This document shows positions 1 through 9,432 of a DNA stretch of 26,664 bases, in pieces. Each line of letters begins with the position of its first letter. Position 1 is the stretch's first letter. The position numbers and the translations under genes are program-made. The notes beneath the pieces were generated by a model that worked only from the letters and a program-made list of their open reading frames with translations, did not search any database and was not told the DNA's origin. The DNA comes from an uncultured Candidatus Bathyarchaeia archaeon (lineage in GTDB: Archaea; Thermoproteota; Bathyarchaeia; EX4484-135), in assembly GCA_964399385.1 (NCBI GenBank), contig CAYNQQ010000001.1:1-26664 (forward strand), in the 5' to 3' direction.

Positions 1-40
1 TCCCTGCCCCACGCCCCCGCCGCCCCGGCCGCGGCAACGA

Positions 41-48
41 TTAATAAG
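41..48 (+). promoter_or_regulatory. Probable TATA box of rgy
   Basis: TTAATAAG, the only AT-rich patch in GC-rich DNA, about 28-35 nt upstream of ATG 76. Confidence 0.55.
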
Positions 49-75
49 GAGGCCTCCGCAATCCCGGGAGATGCC

Positions 76-3000
76 ATGAGGCTGAGGGCCGTCTTCGAGG
101 AATCCTGCCCGAACTGCGGGGGGAGGATAAGCGATCTCAGGCTCGTGCTCGGGGTCCCATGCGAGAAATGCTTCCCGGTGCCGGATGAGGAATTGCTCGA
201 GAAGCTCAGGGGCCTCGACAAACACGAAATCATGGCCTTCTGCCTGAGCAAGCTAAAGGAGCTCGGGACCCTGAAGAGGTATGCCGAGATAGCGGAGTTC
301 CACGAGAAAATAAGGGATTTCGAGGAGTTCTTCGAGAAAGCCCTCGGCTGCCCGCCCTGGAGCGCCCAGAGGACCTGGGCCAGGAGGGCCCTCTCGGGCA
401 AGAGCTTCGCCATAGTAGCCCCGACCGGGAGCGGCAAGACGGTCTTCGGCTCCGTGTTGGCCTTATACATGGCCAGTAGGGGCGCGAGGAGCTACATTCT
501 CGTCCCGACCTCCCTGCTCGTTAAACAGGTCTACGAGAAGCTGACCGATATGGCCGGGAAGCTCGGCCTTGACCTGAGGATAGTATGCTATCACTCGATG
601 CTCACCAAGAAGGAGGCCGAGAAGGCCCTCGAGGCCATCTCGAGCGGGGATTTCGATGTCCTCGTGACCACCTCGTTCTTCCTCGCGAGGAGGAGGGAGC
701 TGCTGGCGGGGAGGAAGTTCGGCCTCGTCTTTGTCGATGACGTAGATGCCTTCCTGAGGTCCTCCAAGAACGTTGATGTGGTCCTCGAGATGCTCGGGAT
801 ACCTGGCGAGGCCATAGAGAAGGCCCTCGAGCTCCTAAGGCTGAGGACGGAGATCTCCAAGCTGATGAGGGAGAAGAAGAGCGGGCCAGAGCTCGACGAG
901 CTCAGGGCCAGGCTCCTCGACCTCGAGGCGGAGGTAGAGGTCGTCAGGAACTCGCAGGACAAAGGGGTCCTCATCGTGTCGGGCGCTACCATAAGGGCCA
1001 GGAGGACGAAGCGCATAAAGCTGTTCAGGGAGCTCCTGGGCTTCGAGATAGGAGGCCGCTCCGAGGGCCTCAGGAACATAGAGAACGTCTTCGTCCTCAC
1101 GGACAGGACCGTGGAGGAGGAAGTCCTCGAGCTCGTGAGGAGGCTCGGGACGGGAGGCCTCGTCTTCGTGCCCCTGGACAAGGGCTCCTCCTACGCCGAG
1201 GAGCTCGCCAGCTACCTGAGGGAGAGAGGGATCAAGGCCGAGGCCTTCACGAGGGCGAGGAAGAAGGTGGTGGAGGCCTACGTGGCCGGGGATATAGATG
1301 TGCTCGTGGGCGTGGCGTCCTTCAGGAGCCCTCTCGCGAGGGGAATAGACCTCCCGGCCAGGATAAGATATGCGGTCTTCGCCGGCGTCCCCAAGATGAG
1401 GATAAGCCTCGCCATATCCGAGTTCAGGCCCCACAGGGCCATCATACTCCTGGCCAACCTCAGGGACGTGCTGCCCAAGGAGGATGCGGATAAAGCCGAT
1501 GCCTACATAGCCAGGCTGAGGCGCATATCCAGCCTCCTGAGGCGCGAGGAGGTGAAAGAGGTAGTCCAGGCCCTGATCGAGGGCAGGCACCTCTCGGGCT
1601 TCTTGGAGAAGGCCCGCTCCTTCTTCGAGGAGGTCTGGCGCTTCCTCAAGGAGCTCATGGCCAGGCCGGACGTCAGGGAGGCGATAAAAACCAGCCCCCA
1701 CCTCTCCCTGGACGAGGAGGCTGGCGAGCCCTACCTCATAGTCCCCGACCCCGTGGGCTACCTCCAGGCCTCCGGGAGGACATCGAGGTTCTACGCTGGC
1801 GGCATCTCTAAGGGCCTATCGGTCCTGGTCGTCGATGACGAGAAGGCCTTCAACGGCCTGAGGAGGGCCCTCAGGTGGTTCTTGGAGGAGGTCAGATGGG
1901 TCCCGATCGAGGAGGCCGATTTAGAAGCCATCATGGCCGAGGTGGACAGGGACAGGGAGGTCATAAGGAAGCTCATGGCCGGCGAGCTCATGATGGAGCT
2001 CAAGGACCCCATGAAGACGGCCCTCCTCGTGGTCGAATCACCCACCAAGGCGAGGACCATAGCGAGGTTCTTCGGGAAACCCAGCAAGCGCGAGGTAGGT
2101 CCTCTCACCGTCTTCGAGATATCGACGGGCGATTTCTTCCTCAACATAGTGGCGAGCAAGGGCCATGTCTTCGACCTCGTGACCAAGGGCGGTTTCCACG
2201 GGATAGAGGTCCACGATGGCCATTTCATCCCCATCTACGGGACCATAAAGAGGTGCCGTAGGTGCGGCGAGCAATACACGGACGACCTGGAGAAATGCCC
2301 TGTCTGCGGCGTGGAACTCGACGATAAGGCCGAACTCCTCGAGGCCCTGAGGAAGGTGGCGAGGGAGGTGGATGTCCTCCTCGTGGGCACGGACGCGGAT
2401 GCCGAGGGCGAGAAGATAGGCTGGGACATAGCCGTCTCCCTGGCCCCTTACGTGAGGGAGATCAGGCGCGTGGAGTTCCACGAGATAACGCGCAGGGCCC
2501 TCATGGAGGCCCTGAGGAACCCGAGGGATATAGACGAGAAGCTGGTGGAGGCCCAGATACTGAGGCGCGTGGAGGACAGGTGGATAGGTTTCGAGCTCAG
2601 CCAGAAGGTCCAGGAGTACATGCACAGGAAGACGCTCTCCGCCGGCAGGGTCCAGACGCCCGTCCTGAGGTGGATAGTGGAGAGGTGCGAGGAGTGGAGG
2701 AGGAGCTTCAAGGACTGCTTCGGGCTCGAGCTCGAGAACGGGCTCAGGGCCGTCCTCAAGATGCCGAGGATGACGGCCAGGGAGGCCGAGGCCCTCGTCA
2801 GGGAGCTCGAGGGCTCCAAATGCCTCATCAAATCCGTCGAGCACGAGGAGGTCGAAATAGCACCGCCTCCCCCCTTCACCACGGACGCCATGCTCAGGGA
2901 GGCCTCCGCCAAGCTCAAGATGGGGGCCAGGCAGGTGATGGCTCTCGCCCAGGAGCTCTTCGAGACGGGCCTCATCACCTACCACAGGACGGATAGCACG

Positions 3001-3765
3001 CGCGTCTCCTCGGCGGGCATTGGGGTGGCCAAGGAGTACATCTCGGAGCGCTGGGGCGAGGAGTTCTTCGCCCCGAGGTCCTGGGCCGTGGGGGAGGAGG
3101 GGGCTCACGAGTGCATAAGGCCCACGAGGCCGATAGACGCCAAGAGGCTTAAGCAGCTGATAAGGATGGGCATCATAAGGACCGCGAGGCGCCTAAGGCC
3201 TGAGCACTTCGCCCTCTACGACCTGATATTCAAGCGCTTCATCGCGAGCCAGATGAGGAAGGCCAGGCTGGTGAGGCAGAAGGCCGTGATCGTGGTCAAG
3301 GGCCACGAGCTCGTCAGCGAGGGCTACTGCGAGGTGAAGGAGCCAGGCTTCACCCTCATAAGGCCCGTCAAGCTGGTCCCGAGGGTCTCCGAGGGCGAGG
3401 CGGTCATAAAATCCGTGAGGCACTGGCTCGAGGCGGAGGTCAAGCCCTTCACCGAGGGCGAGCTCGTGGCCATGATGAGGGAGAAGGGCATAGGCAGGCC
3501 CTCCACCTACGCGAAGATAATCTCCACCCTGCTCGAGCGCGGCTACGTCAAGCGGGATAGGTGGGGCCGCCTCCACCCGACCAGCCTCGGGAGGGCCGTC
3601 CTTAGGTTCCTGTACGATAGGTTCGAGCAGTACGTATCCGAGGAGACCACCAGGCGCCTCGAGGAGGCCATGAGGGCCGTCGAGGAGGGGAAGGCTGATT
3701 ACCTGGACATACTGAGGGGCCTCTACGAGGAGATAAGGGCCATATCGGCCCTGAGGCCGAGTTGA
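76..3765 (+). CDS. rgy: Reverse gyrase (SF2 helicase-like domain fused to type IA topoisomerase)
   Basis: 1229 aa. N-terminal Zn finger (CPNCGG...CEKC), Walker A APTGSGKT, DDVD motif II, QASGRTSR motif VI, Toprim VVESPTKA and DADAEGE, second Zn finger (CRRC...CPVC), SAGRVQTP, and the catalytic LITYHRTDS. Confidence 0.98.
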   Translation: MRLRAVFEESCPNCGGRISDLRLVLGVPCEKCFPVPDEELLEKLRGLDKHEIMAFCLSKLKELGTLKRYAEIAEFHEKIRDFEEFFEKALGCPPWSAQRTWARRALSGKSFAIVAPTGSGKTVFGSVLALYMASRGARSYILVPTSLLVKQVYEKLTDMAGKLGLDLRIVCYHSMLTKKEAEKALEAISSGDFDVLVTTSFFLARRRELLAGRKFGLVFVDDVDAFLRSSKNVDVVLEMLGIPGEAIEKALELLRLRTEISKLMREKKSGPELDELRARLLDLEAEVEVVRNSQDKGVLIVSGATIRARRTKRIKLFRELLGFEIGGRSEGLRNIENVFVLTDRTVEEEVLELVRRLGTGGLVFVPLDKGSSYAEELASYLRERGIKAEAFTRARKKVVEAYVAGDIDVLVGVASFRSPLARGIDLPARIRYAVFAGVPKMRISLAISEFRPHRAIILLANLRDVLPKEDADKADAYIARLRRISSLLRREEVKEVVQALIEGRHLSGFLEKARSFFEEVWRFLKELMARPDVREAIKTSPHLSLDEEAGEPYLIVPDPVGYLQASGRTSRFYAGGISKGLSVLVVDDEKAFNGLRRALRWFLEEVRWVPIEEADLEAIMAEVDRDREVIRKLMAGELMMELKDPMKTALLVVESPTKARTIARFFGKPSKREVGPLTVFEISTGDFFLNIVASKGHVFDLVTKGGFHGIEVHDGHFIPIYGTIKRCRRCGEQYTDDLEKCPVCGVELDDKAELLEALRKVAREVDVLLVGTDADAEGEKIGWDIAVSLAPYVREIRRVEFHEITRRALMEALRNPRDIDEKLVEAQILRRVEDRWIGFELSQKVQEYMHRKTLSAGRVQTPVLRWIVERCEEWRRSFKDCFGLELENGLRAVLKMPRMTAREAEALVRELEGSKCLIKSVEHEEVEIAPPPPFTTDAMLREASAKLKMGARQVMALAQELFETGLITYHRTDSTRVSSAGIGVAKEYISERWGEEFFAPRSWAVGEEGAHECIRPTRPIDAKRLKQLIRMGIIRTARRLRPEHFALYDLIFKRFIASQMRKARLVRQKAVIVVKGHELVSEGYCEVKEPGFTLIRPVKLVPRVSEGEAVIKSVRHWLEAEVKPFTEGELVAMMREKGIGRPSTYAKIISTLLERGYVKRDRWGRLHPTSLGRAVLRFLYDRFEQYVSEETTRRLEEAMRAVEEGKADYLDILRGLYEEIRAISALRPS

Positions 3766-3773
3766 GAAACAGG

Positions 3774-3781
3774 TTTTTATA
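3774..3781 (+). promoter_or_regulatory. Probable TATA box of rpl2 (may double as rgy T-tract terminator)
   Basis: TTTTTATA just after the rgy stop and about 36 nt upstream of ATG 3817. Confidence 0.55.
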
Positions 3782-3816
3782 GGGGCCCGAGGGCCATCTG
3801 GCCGAGAGGGTTAGGA

Positions 3817-4566
3817 ATGGGCAAGCGCATCCTGGTCCAGAGGAGGGGCCGCGGGAGCCCAACGTTCAGGGCGAGCACCCACAAGAGGGTAGCTCCAGCC
3901 AGGTACCCGCCCCTCGATGGCGGGGAGCCGAGGGTCCTCAAGGGCCTGGTGAGGGAACTCGTCCACGATCCGGGGAGAGGGGCCCCCCTGGCCCTCATAG
4001 AACTCGAGGACGGCCGTGAGTTCTACAACGTGGCCGTCGAGGGCCTCTACGAGGGCCAGATAATAGAGTTCGGGCCTGGGGCCTCGAACGCGATAGGCAA
4101 CATAGTGCCCATAGGCGAGGTCCCGGAGGGAACGCTCGTCTGCAACCTGGAGCTCAGGCCCGGGGATGGGGGCAAGCTGGCCCGCTCCTCCGGCGCCTAC
4201 GCGACCGTGCTGGCCCACACGCACGAGGGCACCATGGTAAAGCTCCCCTCCGGCCGGACCAAGCTGCTCAAGGACCGCTGCCGGGCGACGATAGGGGTCG
4301 TGGCGGGCGGGGGGCGCATAGAGAAGCCCTTCCTGAAGGCCGGGAAGAAGTACTGGTGGATGAAGGCGAAGGGCCACAAGTACCCGAGGGTCCGCGGGGT
4401 GGCCATGAACGCCTGCTCGCACCCGTTCGGGGGAGGCAGGCATCAGCACCCCGGCAAGCCCACGACCGTATCGAGGCACGCCCCTCCGGGCCGTAAGGTA
4501 GGCCACATAGCCGCCCGCATGACGGGCCGCAAGGAGAAGAAGACGGTCCGCAGGGAACGCCGTTAG
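3817..4566 (+). CDS. rpl2: 50S ribosomal protein L2 (uL2)
   Basis: MGKRILVQRRGRGSPTFRA start, HDPGRGAPLA, ELRPGDGGKLARSSG, PRVRGVAMNACSHPFGGG, PPGRKVGHIAARMTG. Confidence 0.98.
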   Translation: MGKRILVQRRGRGSPTFRASTHKRVAPARYPPLDGGEPRVLKGLVRELVHDPGRGAPLALIELEDGREFYNVAVEGLYEGQIIEFGPGASNAIGNIVPIGEVPEGTLVCNLELRPGDGGKLARSSGAYATVLAHTHEGTMVKLPSGRTKLLKDRCRATIGVVAGGGRIEKPFLKAGKKYWWMKAKGHKYPRVRGVAMNACSHPFGGGRHQHPGKPTTVSRHAPPGRKVGHIAARMTGRKEKKTVRRERR

Positions 4567-5705
4567 GCTCGGGCGGGCGGCCTCAGTATCTCCTCTATGG
4601 ATTTCCAGGTCGGGGCGCACACGAAGGACCAGTATGCCTGGTGTATGAGGAAGGCCGTGTAGCCGAGCATGGCGGTGAAGACCGCTGCCCTGACCTTCTC
4701 ACCTTCGTCCGAGATGAACTTGCCCGAGATCAGGGCCGCGACGGGCCCCACGGGCAGGAGATACCTATCATATATCTGATACATGCTGAGGACGGTCCTG
4801 AGCAGGACGAGGGAGATGAAGTTGACGAGGACGTAGGCCGCGAGGAAGGACAGCCTCCTATCGAATTTCCTAGCATCCTTGATCCATAGGACGAGCGGGA
4901 CCCCGATGGTCAGGGCCATGTAGCGGGCGTAGAAGACCGCGTCCTGGAGGACCGTTATGCCCTCGTGCCTGTATATCGAGGAGTAGTAGGCCAGAAAACC
5001 GCCCCCCACCGTGCTTGATATATGGTGAACCCAGAGGGCGACCGGGATGCTGGCCAGCGCCAGGCCGGAAACGGCCTTGGCCACGTCCCTGGTCGTCAGC
5101 TCCTCCCTCGAGATGAGGAAGCCCAGCAGGAACGTGGCCAGGAGCACCGGTATCGCCGTGTATTTGGTCAGGGAGGCCAGGGCGTAAGCGAGGCAGGCCA
5201 GGAGGAAGTGCTTTTCCCTGCGCTTCTCGAGCCATAGGAGGAAGGCCAGGGCGGATATGGACGTGAAGGAGGCCATGACCATGTCCGTGAACAGCACTAT
5301 GCTATACATTATGAAGTTCCAGGAGGCCAGGGTGGCTGCCACGGCATAGCTCGCTACCCTGCGCCCGTAGAGCTCCTTGGCCGTCAGGTAGACGGCCAGG
5401 AGGCAGAGGCAGGAGGTCAGGAGGACGGCAAGCCTCGGAACGGGCCTGAACGGGCAGATCAGGTACCAGAGCAGAGGCGGGTGCGGTATCCAGGTGTACC
5501 CCTCGGGCAGCGGGTCGAGCGGGTCCTGGGCCACGTGCTCTGCCAGCTCGAAGTAGAGCCATTCATCCCATATGAAGTGGTAGTTCAGGAAGTAGGCCCA
5601 GAAGAAGACCGCCGGGATGAGGAAGGAGAGGAACAGGTATTCCTCCGCTCTCTCGAAGGCCTCCCTCAGGTCCTGGAGCTTGACCCGGGCTCCCCTCTGC
5701 CCCAC
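4563..5705 (-). CDS. GT-C fold membrane glycosyltransferase (PMT/ArnT-like, GT39/GT83 type)
   Basis: Polytopic membrane protein. WDE acidic motif in the first external loop, HPPL, LFTD, TKYT and RYLLP. Start moved to GTG 5705 because the upstream part of the ORF overlaps the rps19 promoter and start. Confidence 0.8.
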   Translation of the reverse strand: MGQRGARVKLQDLREAFERAEEYLFLSFLIPAVFFWAYFLNYHFIWDEWLYFELAEHVAQDPLDPLPEGYTWIPHPPLLWYLICPFRPVPRLAVLLTSCLCLLAVYLTAKELYGRRVASYAVAATLASWNFIMYSIVLFTDMVMASFTSISALAFLLWLEKRREKHFLLACLAYALASLTKYTAIPVLLATFLLGFLISREELTTRDVAKAVSGLALASIPVALWVHHISSTVGGGFLAYYSSIYRHEGITVLQDAVFYARYMALTIGVPLVLWIKDARKFDRRLSFLAAYVLVNFISLVLLRTVLSMYQIYDRYLLPVGPVAALISGKFISDEGEKVRAAVFTAMLGYTAFLIHQAYWSFVCAPTWKSIEEILRPPARA

Positions 5706-5747
5706 GCTGCCCCGCCCCCGGGGGCTGGCCTGGGAGGGCGGAAAGAC

Positions 5748-5755
5748 TAATAAAG
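5748..5755 (+). promoter_or_regulatory. Probable BRE/TATA of rps19
   Basis: GAAAGAC-TAATAAAG, about 25-30 nt upstream of ATG 5773/5779. Confidence 0.55.
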
Positions 5756-5772
5756 GGCCCCTCCAGGTAAGG

Positions 5773-6183
5773 ATGGCCATGCCGAAGGAGTTCAGGTACA
5801 AGGGCTACACGCTCGAGGAGCTCCAGAAGATGTCCATGGACGAGTTCATAAAGCTCCTCCCGGCCAGGCAGAGGCGTAGCCTACTCAGGGGCCTGACCGA
5901 GGCCCAGAGGATACTGCTCAAGAAGATAAGGAAGGCCAGGGAGGCCATGAGGAGGGGGAAGAAGGTGGTCATAAGGACGCACGTCAGGGACATGATAATA
6001 CTGCCCGAGATGGTGGGCCTCACCATCCACGTCTACAACGGCAAGGAGTTCGTGCCCGTGGAGATAAAGCCCGAGATGATAGGCCACTACCTCGGTGAGT
6101 TCGCGATAACCTGTAAGCCCGTCAAGCACGGGGCACCCGGTATAGGGGCCTCCAGGTCCTCCATGTACGTGCCCCTGAAGTGA
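5773..6183 (+). CDS. rps19: 30S ribosomal protein S19 (uS19)
   Basis: [67 protein letters not shown]. Start is ATG 5773 or 5779; the track ORF from 5617 is over-extended. Confidence 0.97.
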   Translation: MAMPKEFRYKGYTLEELQKMSMDEFIKLLPARQRRSLLRGLTEAQRILLKKIRKAREAMRRGKKVVIRTHVRDMIILPEMVGLTIHVYNGKEFVPVEIKPEMIGHYLGEFAITCKPVKHGAPGIGASRSSMYVPLK

Positions 6184-6244
6184 GAGGGCCCTAAGGCCAC
6201 AAGCCTTAAGGCCTTCTGCTCCAAGCCCGGTTGGTGTAGAACTG

Positions 6245-7513
6245 ATGCAGAGGAGGCGGGCAGCCGCCTCAGCCCTGCTCCTTATCTCCTTATCCCTCGC
6301 CCTCACCCCCTTCTTCATAACGCGTTTCCCGGCCTGGAGCCAGGCCGAGGTCTACACCGAGGAGTACGTGCTGTCCTACAACCTAACGGTCCGGTACGAG
6401 AACAGGGGGAACGAGACCTGGGTCCTATCCGATGCCGATATGGCTGTCCCGTTGTTCTCCACGAACGAACTCCAAGACGTGAAGCTCGTCTGGTCCTCCG
6501 AGCCCGTGAAGGACGTGGTGGTGGATCAGGACGGGAACATGTGGGCCATCCTCGAGGCCCCGGTGGCGGAGCTCGAGCCGGGGGAGGCCCTCTTCTTCTC
6601 GGTCTCCTACGAGATCAGGTCAAGGCCGGGGGAGGCCCCCGACATCTCCATAGGGGAATCCGGCACCCTCGACCAGATACCGGAGGAGCTCAGGGAGGAG
6701 TTCTGTGGGCCAGCGGCCTGCTGGCAGACCGATTTCAAGCCCCTGAGGGATCTCGCGTACAGCCTGTCGAAGGGCGAGGAGAACGTGCTCGAGATAATTG
6801 CCTCCTTCGTTAGTTGGATACACTCCAACATAAGCTATGTCAGCTACGAGATGCCGAGGTACCCGAACGAGACCTTCTTGGGGCGGAAGGGGGATTGTGA
6901 TGATCAGGCGAACCTCTTCATAACGCTGTGCAGGATCGTGGGCATACCGGCCTACCTCCAGGTCGGCTGCATCTACCTGTACCCCCTCCTCGGGAAGCAC
7001 GAGGTCTCCGTGGGCTCCATGTGGTCCGGCCACGTCGAGTTCATATCCAAGGACGTGGCGTGGCACGGGTGGGCCGTGGTCTTCGTGCCCCCCTGGGGCT
7101 GGCTGCCCGTAGACCTCACGGCCGCCTACGGGCTCGAGGAGGACCCCCTGAACGCCATAAGGAACGCCATATACTGGTCCTGGGTCACTATACTCTACAG
7201 GGAGATCAAGACCACCGATTACATACGCGAGGCCTACGAGGCCAGGAAGTTCCTGCTCGAGAAGGGCATCTATGTCTTCCAATCCGAGAGCATGGCCCTG
7301 GTGGGGCACGAGGAGGTACCGAGGCCCGGCACGGCCCTGAGGGCCGTAAGGGCTCTCCTCTTCTACACGGCCATAACCGTGGCCGTCATAGGGGCGTCGG
7401 CGGCCTCTCTCGCGCTCTTATTGGCGAGAAGGGAGGGGCGGGAAGAGCCCATCACGCCCGCGGGGCTGTTCATGAGGCCCCGAACTCCTCGTACCAGCGC
7501 TGGTAGAGCTTGA
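6245..7513 (+). CDS. Membrane-anchored extracellular transglutaminase-like (papain-fold) protein
   Basis: N-terminal signal or TM segment, beta-rich region, intact Cys-His-Asp triad (GDC218DDQA, H274GWA, WLPVD290LT), and a C-terminal TM helix followed by a basic tail. Confidence 0.85.
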   Translation: MQRRRAAASALLLISLSLALTPFFITRFPAWSQAEVYTEEYVLSYNLTVRYENRGNETWVLSDADMAVPLFSTNELQDVKLVWSSEPVKDVVVDQDGNMWAILEAPVAELEPGEALFFSVSYEIRSRPGEAPDISIGESGTLDQIPEELREEFCGPAACWQTDFKPLRDLAYSLSKGEENVLEIIASFVSWIHSNISYVSYEMPRYPNETFLGRKGDCDDQANLFITLCRIVGIPAYLQVGCIYLYPLLGKHEVSVGSMWSGHVEFISKDVAWHGWAVVFVPPWGWLPVDLTAAYGLEEDPLNAIRNAIYWSWVTILYREIKTTDYIREAYEARKFLLEKGIYVFQSESMALVGHEEVPRPGTALRAVRALLFYTAITVAVIGASAASLALLLARREGREEPITPAGLFMRPRTPRTSAGRA

Positions 7514-8678
7514 GCACCTCCGGCTTTATGCTCGGTCTCCTCGACATTATGGCCATGATGAAGTCGGCCCTGCTCACGGGCCTGGGCTTGGTCCCGGGCT
7601 TGAGGGCCTCCCCGCTCTCGAAGAGCTCCCTGACGGTCGAGTAGTAGGCATCGAGGCATATGTCCCTTATGTCGCTGCCCGTGTACCCCTCCGTCATGTG
7701 GGCCAGCTCCTCGAAATCCACATCCTCGGCCACTTCTATGCCCTTCGTGTAGAGCCTGAAGAGACCCACGCGCGCCTCGAAGTCCGGGGGCGGGACGAGT
7801 ATGCGCCTCTGGAAACGCCTTATGAACGGCAGATCCAGGTTCCAGGGCTTGTTCGTGGCCCCTATGACGTAGACGTGGAGTTTCTTCGTCTTGTCGTTTA
7901 TGCCGTCCATCTCGCGGAGGAACTGGTTCCTCACCCTGACCTCGCCTCCCACCTCGTTATTGTAGGTGCCGAGGAGGCTATCGACCTCATCTATGAATAT
8001 TATGGCTGGCCTTCCCTTCTCGGCCACCTCCCTCGCCCTCGCGAAGAGCCTCGCGACGTTCTTCTCGGCTTCCCCGAGCCACTTGTTCATTATATCGGCC
8101 CCGGACACCTCTATGAACTCAGCGTCTATCTCGTGGGCCACGGCGCTGGCGAGGAGCGTCTTCCCGCAGCCGGGGGGGCCGAACAGCAGTATGCCCCTCG
8201 GCCAACCGTGGGGGAAGAGGTCGGGCCTCAGGACGGGGTAGACTATAGCCTCCTTTATGGCCCTCTTCGCCTCCTCGAGATCCACTATGTCGTCCCAGGA
8301 GATGCCCGGCCTCGCCCCGGACGGCCTGGGGGGATGCCCTGGCCTCCCGGGCGCCTCAGGCCTCATCGGCTTAATGCCCCCGGGCTCAGGGAGCTTTTTT
8401 GGTCTCGGGACCTCGAGCCCGTCCAGGATGGGCTTGACCCTCACCTCCACGTCCACGGGCCTGGCGGCTTCCTCGAGCTCCTTCACGCGCTTCCTGTAGG
8501 CCTCTATCCTGGCCATGTAGAGGGACCTCAGGGAGGGCCTCATATCGGCTATCTTCCTCAGTATCCTTATGGCCCTCATGTACATCCTTATGGCTTCCCT
8601 GGCCTTGCCTTCCTTATCGAGCTCCACGGCCCTCCAGGCGTAGGCCGAGGCTATCTTCTCGAACTCCTTAACCACCAA
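7470..8678 (-). CDS. cdvC: Vps4/CdvC AAA+ ATPase with N-terminal MIT domain
   Basis: MIT (AWRAVELDKEGKAREAIRMY...YRKRVKELE), Walker A GPPGCGKT, pore loop KWLGEAEK, Walker B IIFIDEVD, ATNKPW, FIRRFQRR. Last gene of the cdv operon; TTG start overlaps the cdvB stop region. Confidence 0.95.
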   Translation of the reverse strand: MVVKEFEKIASAYAWRAVELDKEGKAREAIRMYMRAIRILRKIADMRPSLRSLYMARIEAYRKRVKELEEAARPVDVEVRVKPILDGLEVPRPKKLPEPGGIKPMRPEAPGRPGHPPRPSGARPGISWDDIVDLEEAKRAIKEAIVYPVLRPDLFPHGWPRGILLFGPPGCGKTLLASAVAHEIDAEFIEVSGADIMNKWLGEAEKNVARLFARAREVAEKGRPAIIFIDEVDSLLGTYNNEVGGEVRVRNQFLREMDGINDKTKKLHVYVIGATNKPWNLDLPFIRRFQRRILVPPPDFEARVGLFRLYTKGIEVAEDVDFEELAHMTEGYTGSDIRDICLDAYYSTVRELFESGEALKPGTKPRPVSRADFIMAIMSRRPSIKPEVLKLYQRWYEEFGAS

Positions 8679-9432
8679 GGCAGGCCCCTCCGGCCTGCCT
8701 CCCTATCTTCACGAGCCCTTTCTCCACCAGCCTCCTGAGGACATCGAGCACCTCGGCGGGCGATATGCCGAGGGCCCTCGCGCACTCGCCGACGTCCAGC
8801 CTGCCGTCCTCCTTCCTTATGTGGTCCAGCAACAGCTTCTCCAACTCCTCCGGGTCCCTCCCAGGTCCCCCGGCCGCCTGCGCGGTCAGCAGCTCCTTCG
8901 GGGCCTCCTCGGCCGGGCCCATCTCGGCCACGAGCCTCCTCGCCTTCTCCTCGAGTTCAGCCACCACCACGGACAGGGGGGCCAGAGCCCTCGCCACCTC
9001 CTCGAAGCTATCATCTATCCTCACCAGGACCTCGTTGAACGTGCTCATGGTATTGGACAGGCTGCTCTTGAGGAGGCCAAGATCCCTGGTGAACGTCTTC
9101 AGCAGGTTGCTGGTGGTCTTCGTAGCGAGACCGACCTCGCCTCTTACCGAGGCCAGCCTCCTGAGGGCCTCGAGCCTCAGCCTCAGGATGTGTATGTAGG
9201 CCTCGAGCTTCCTCAGCATGGCTAAGACGTTCCTTATCAGGAGTATCCTATCGGTGTAGGTGCAGGCGCTCAGGGGGATGTCCGCCCCCGGCCCGGGGTT
9301 CGCTATGAGCGCCCTCAGATGCCCCATGGCCTCCTTCTCCTTCGCGGCCAACAGCCTCACGGCGTTCTCCACTCTGCTCCTCGCCTTGTCCAACAGGGAG
9401 ACGAAGGAATCGATGTTAGGTCCCGATAACAT
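8668..9432 (-). CDS. cdvB: ESCRT-III (Snf7-like) protein with C-terminal winged helix (CdvB type)
   Basis: Long helical-hairpin core, then LEKLLLDHIRKEDGRLDVGECARALGISPAEVLDVLRRLVEKGLVKI (wHTH). Lies between cdvA and cdvC. Confidence 0.82.
   Translation of the reverse strand: MLSGPNIDSFVSLLDKARSRVENAVRLLAAKEKEAMGHLRALIANPGPGADIPLSACTYTDRILLIRNVLAMLRKLEAYIHILRLRLEALRRLASVRGEVGLATKTTSNLLKTFTRDLGLLKSSLSNTMSTFNEVLVRIDDSFEEVARALAPLSVVVAELEEKARRLVAEMGPAEEAPKELLTAQAAGGPGRDPEELEKLLLDHIRKEDGRLDVGECARALGISPAEVLDVLRRLVEKGLVKIGRQAGGACLGG

Noticed and set aside
591-3576. Long antisense and alternate-frame ORFs over rgy (e.g. 835-1701, 2038-3108), and similar ones across the window
   Set aside because: Shadow ORFs expected from high GC and strong codon bias; low-complexity translations with no motifs, fully overlapping confident genes.
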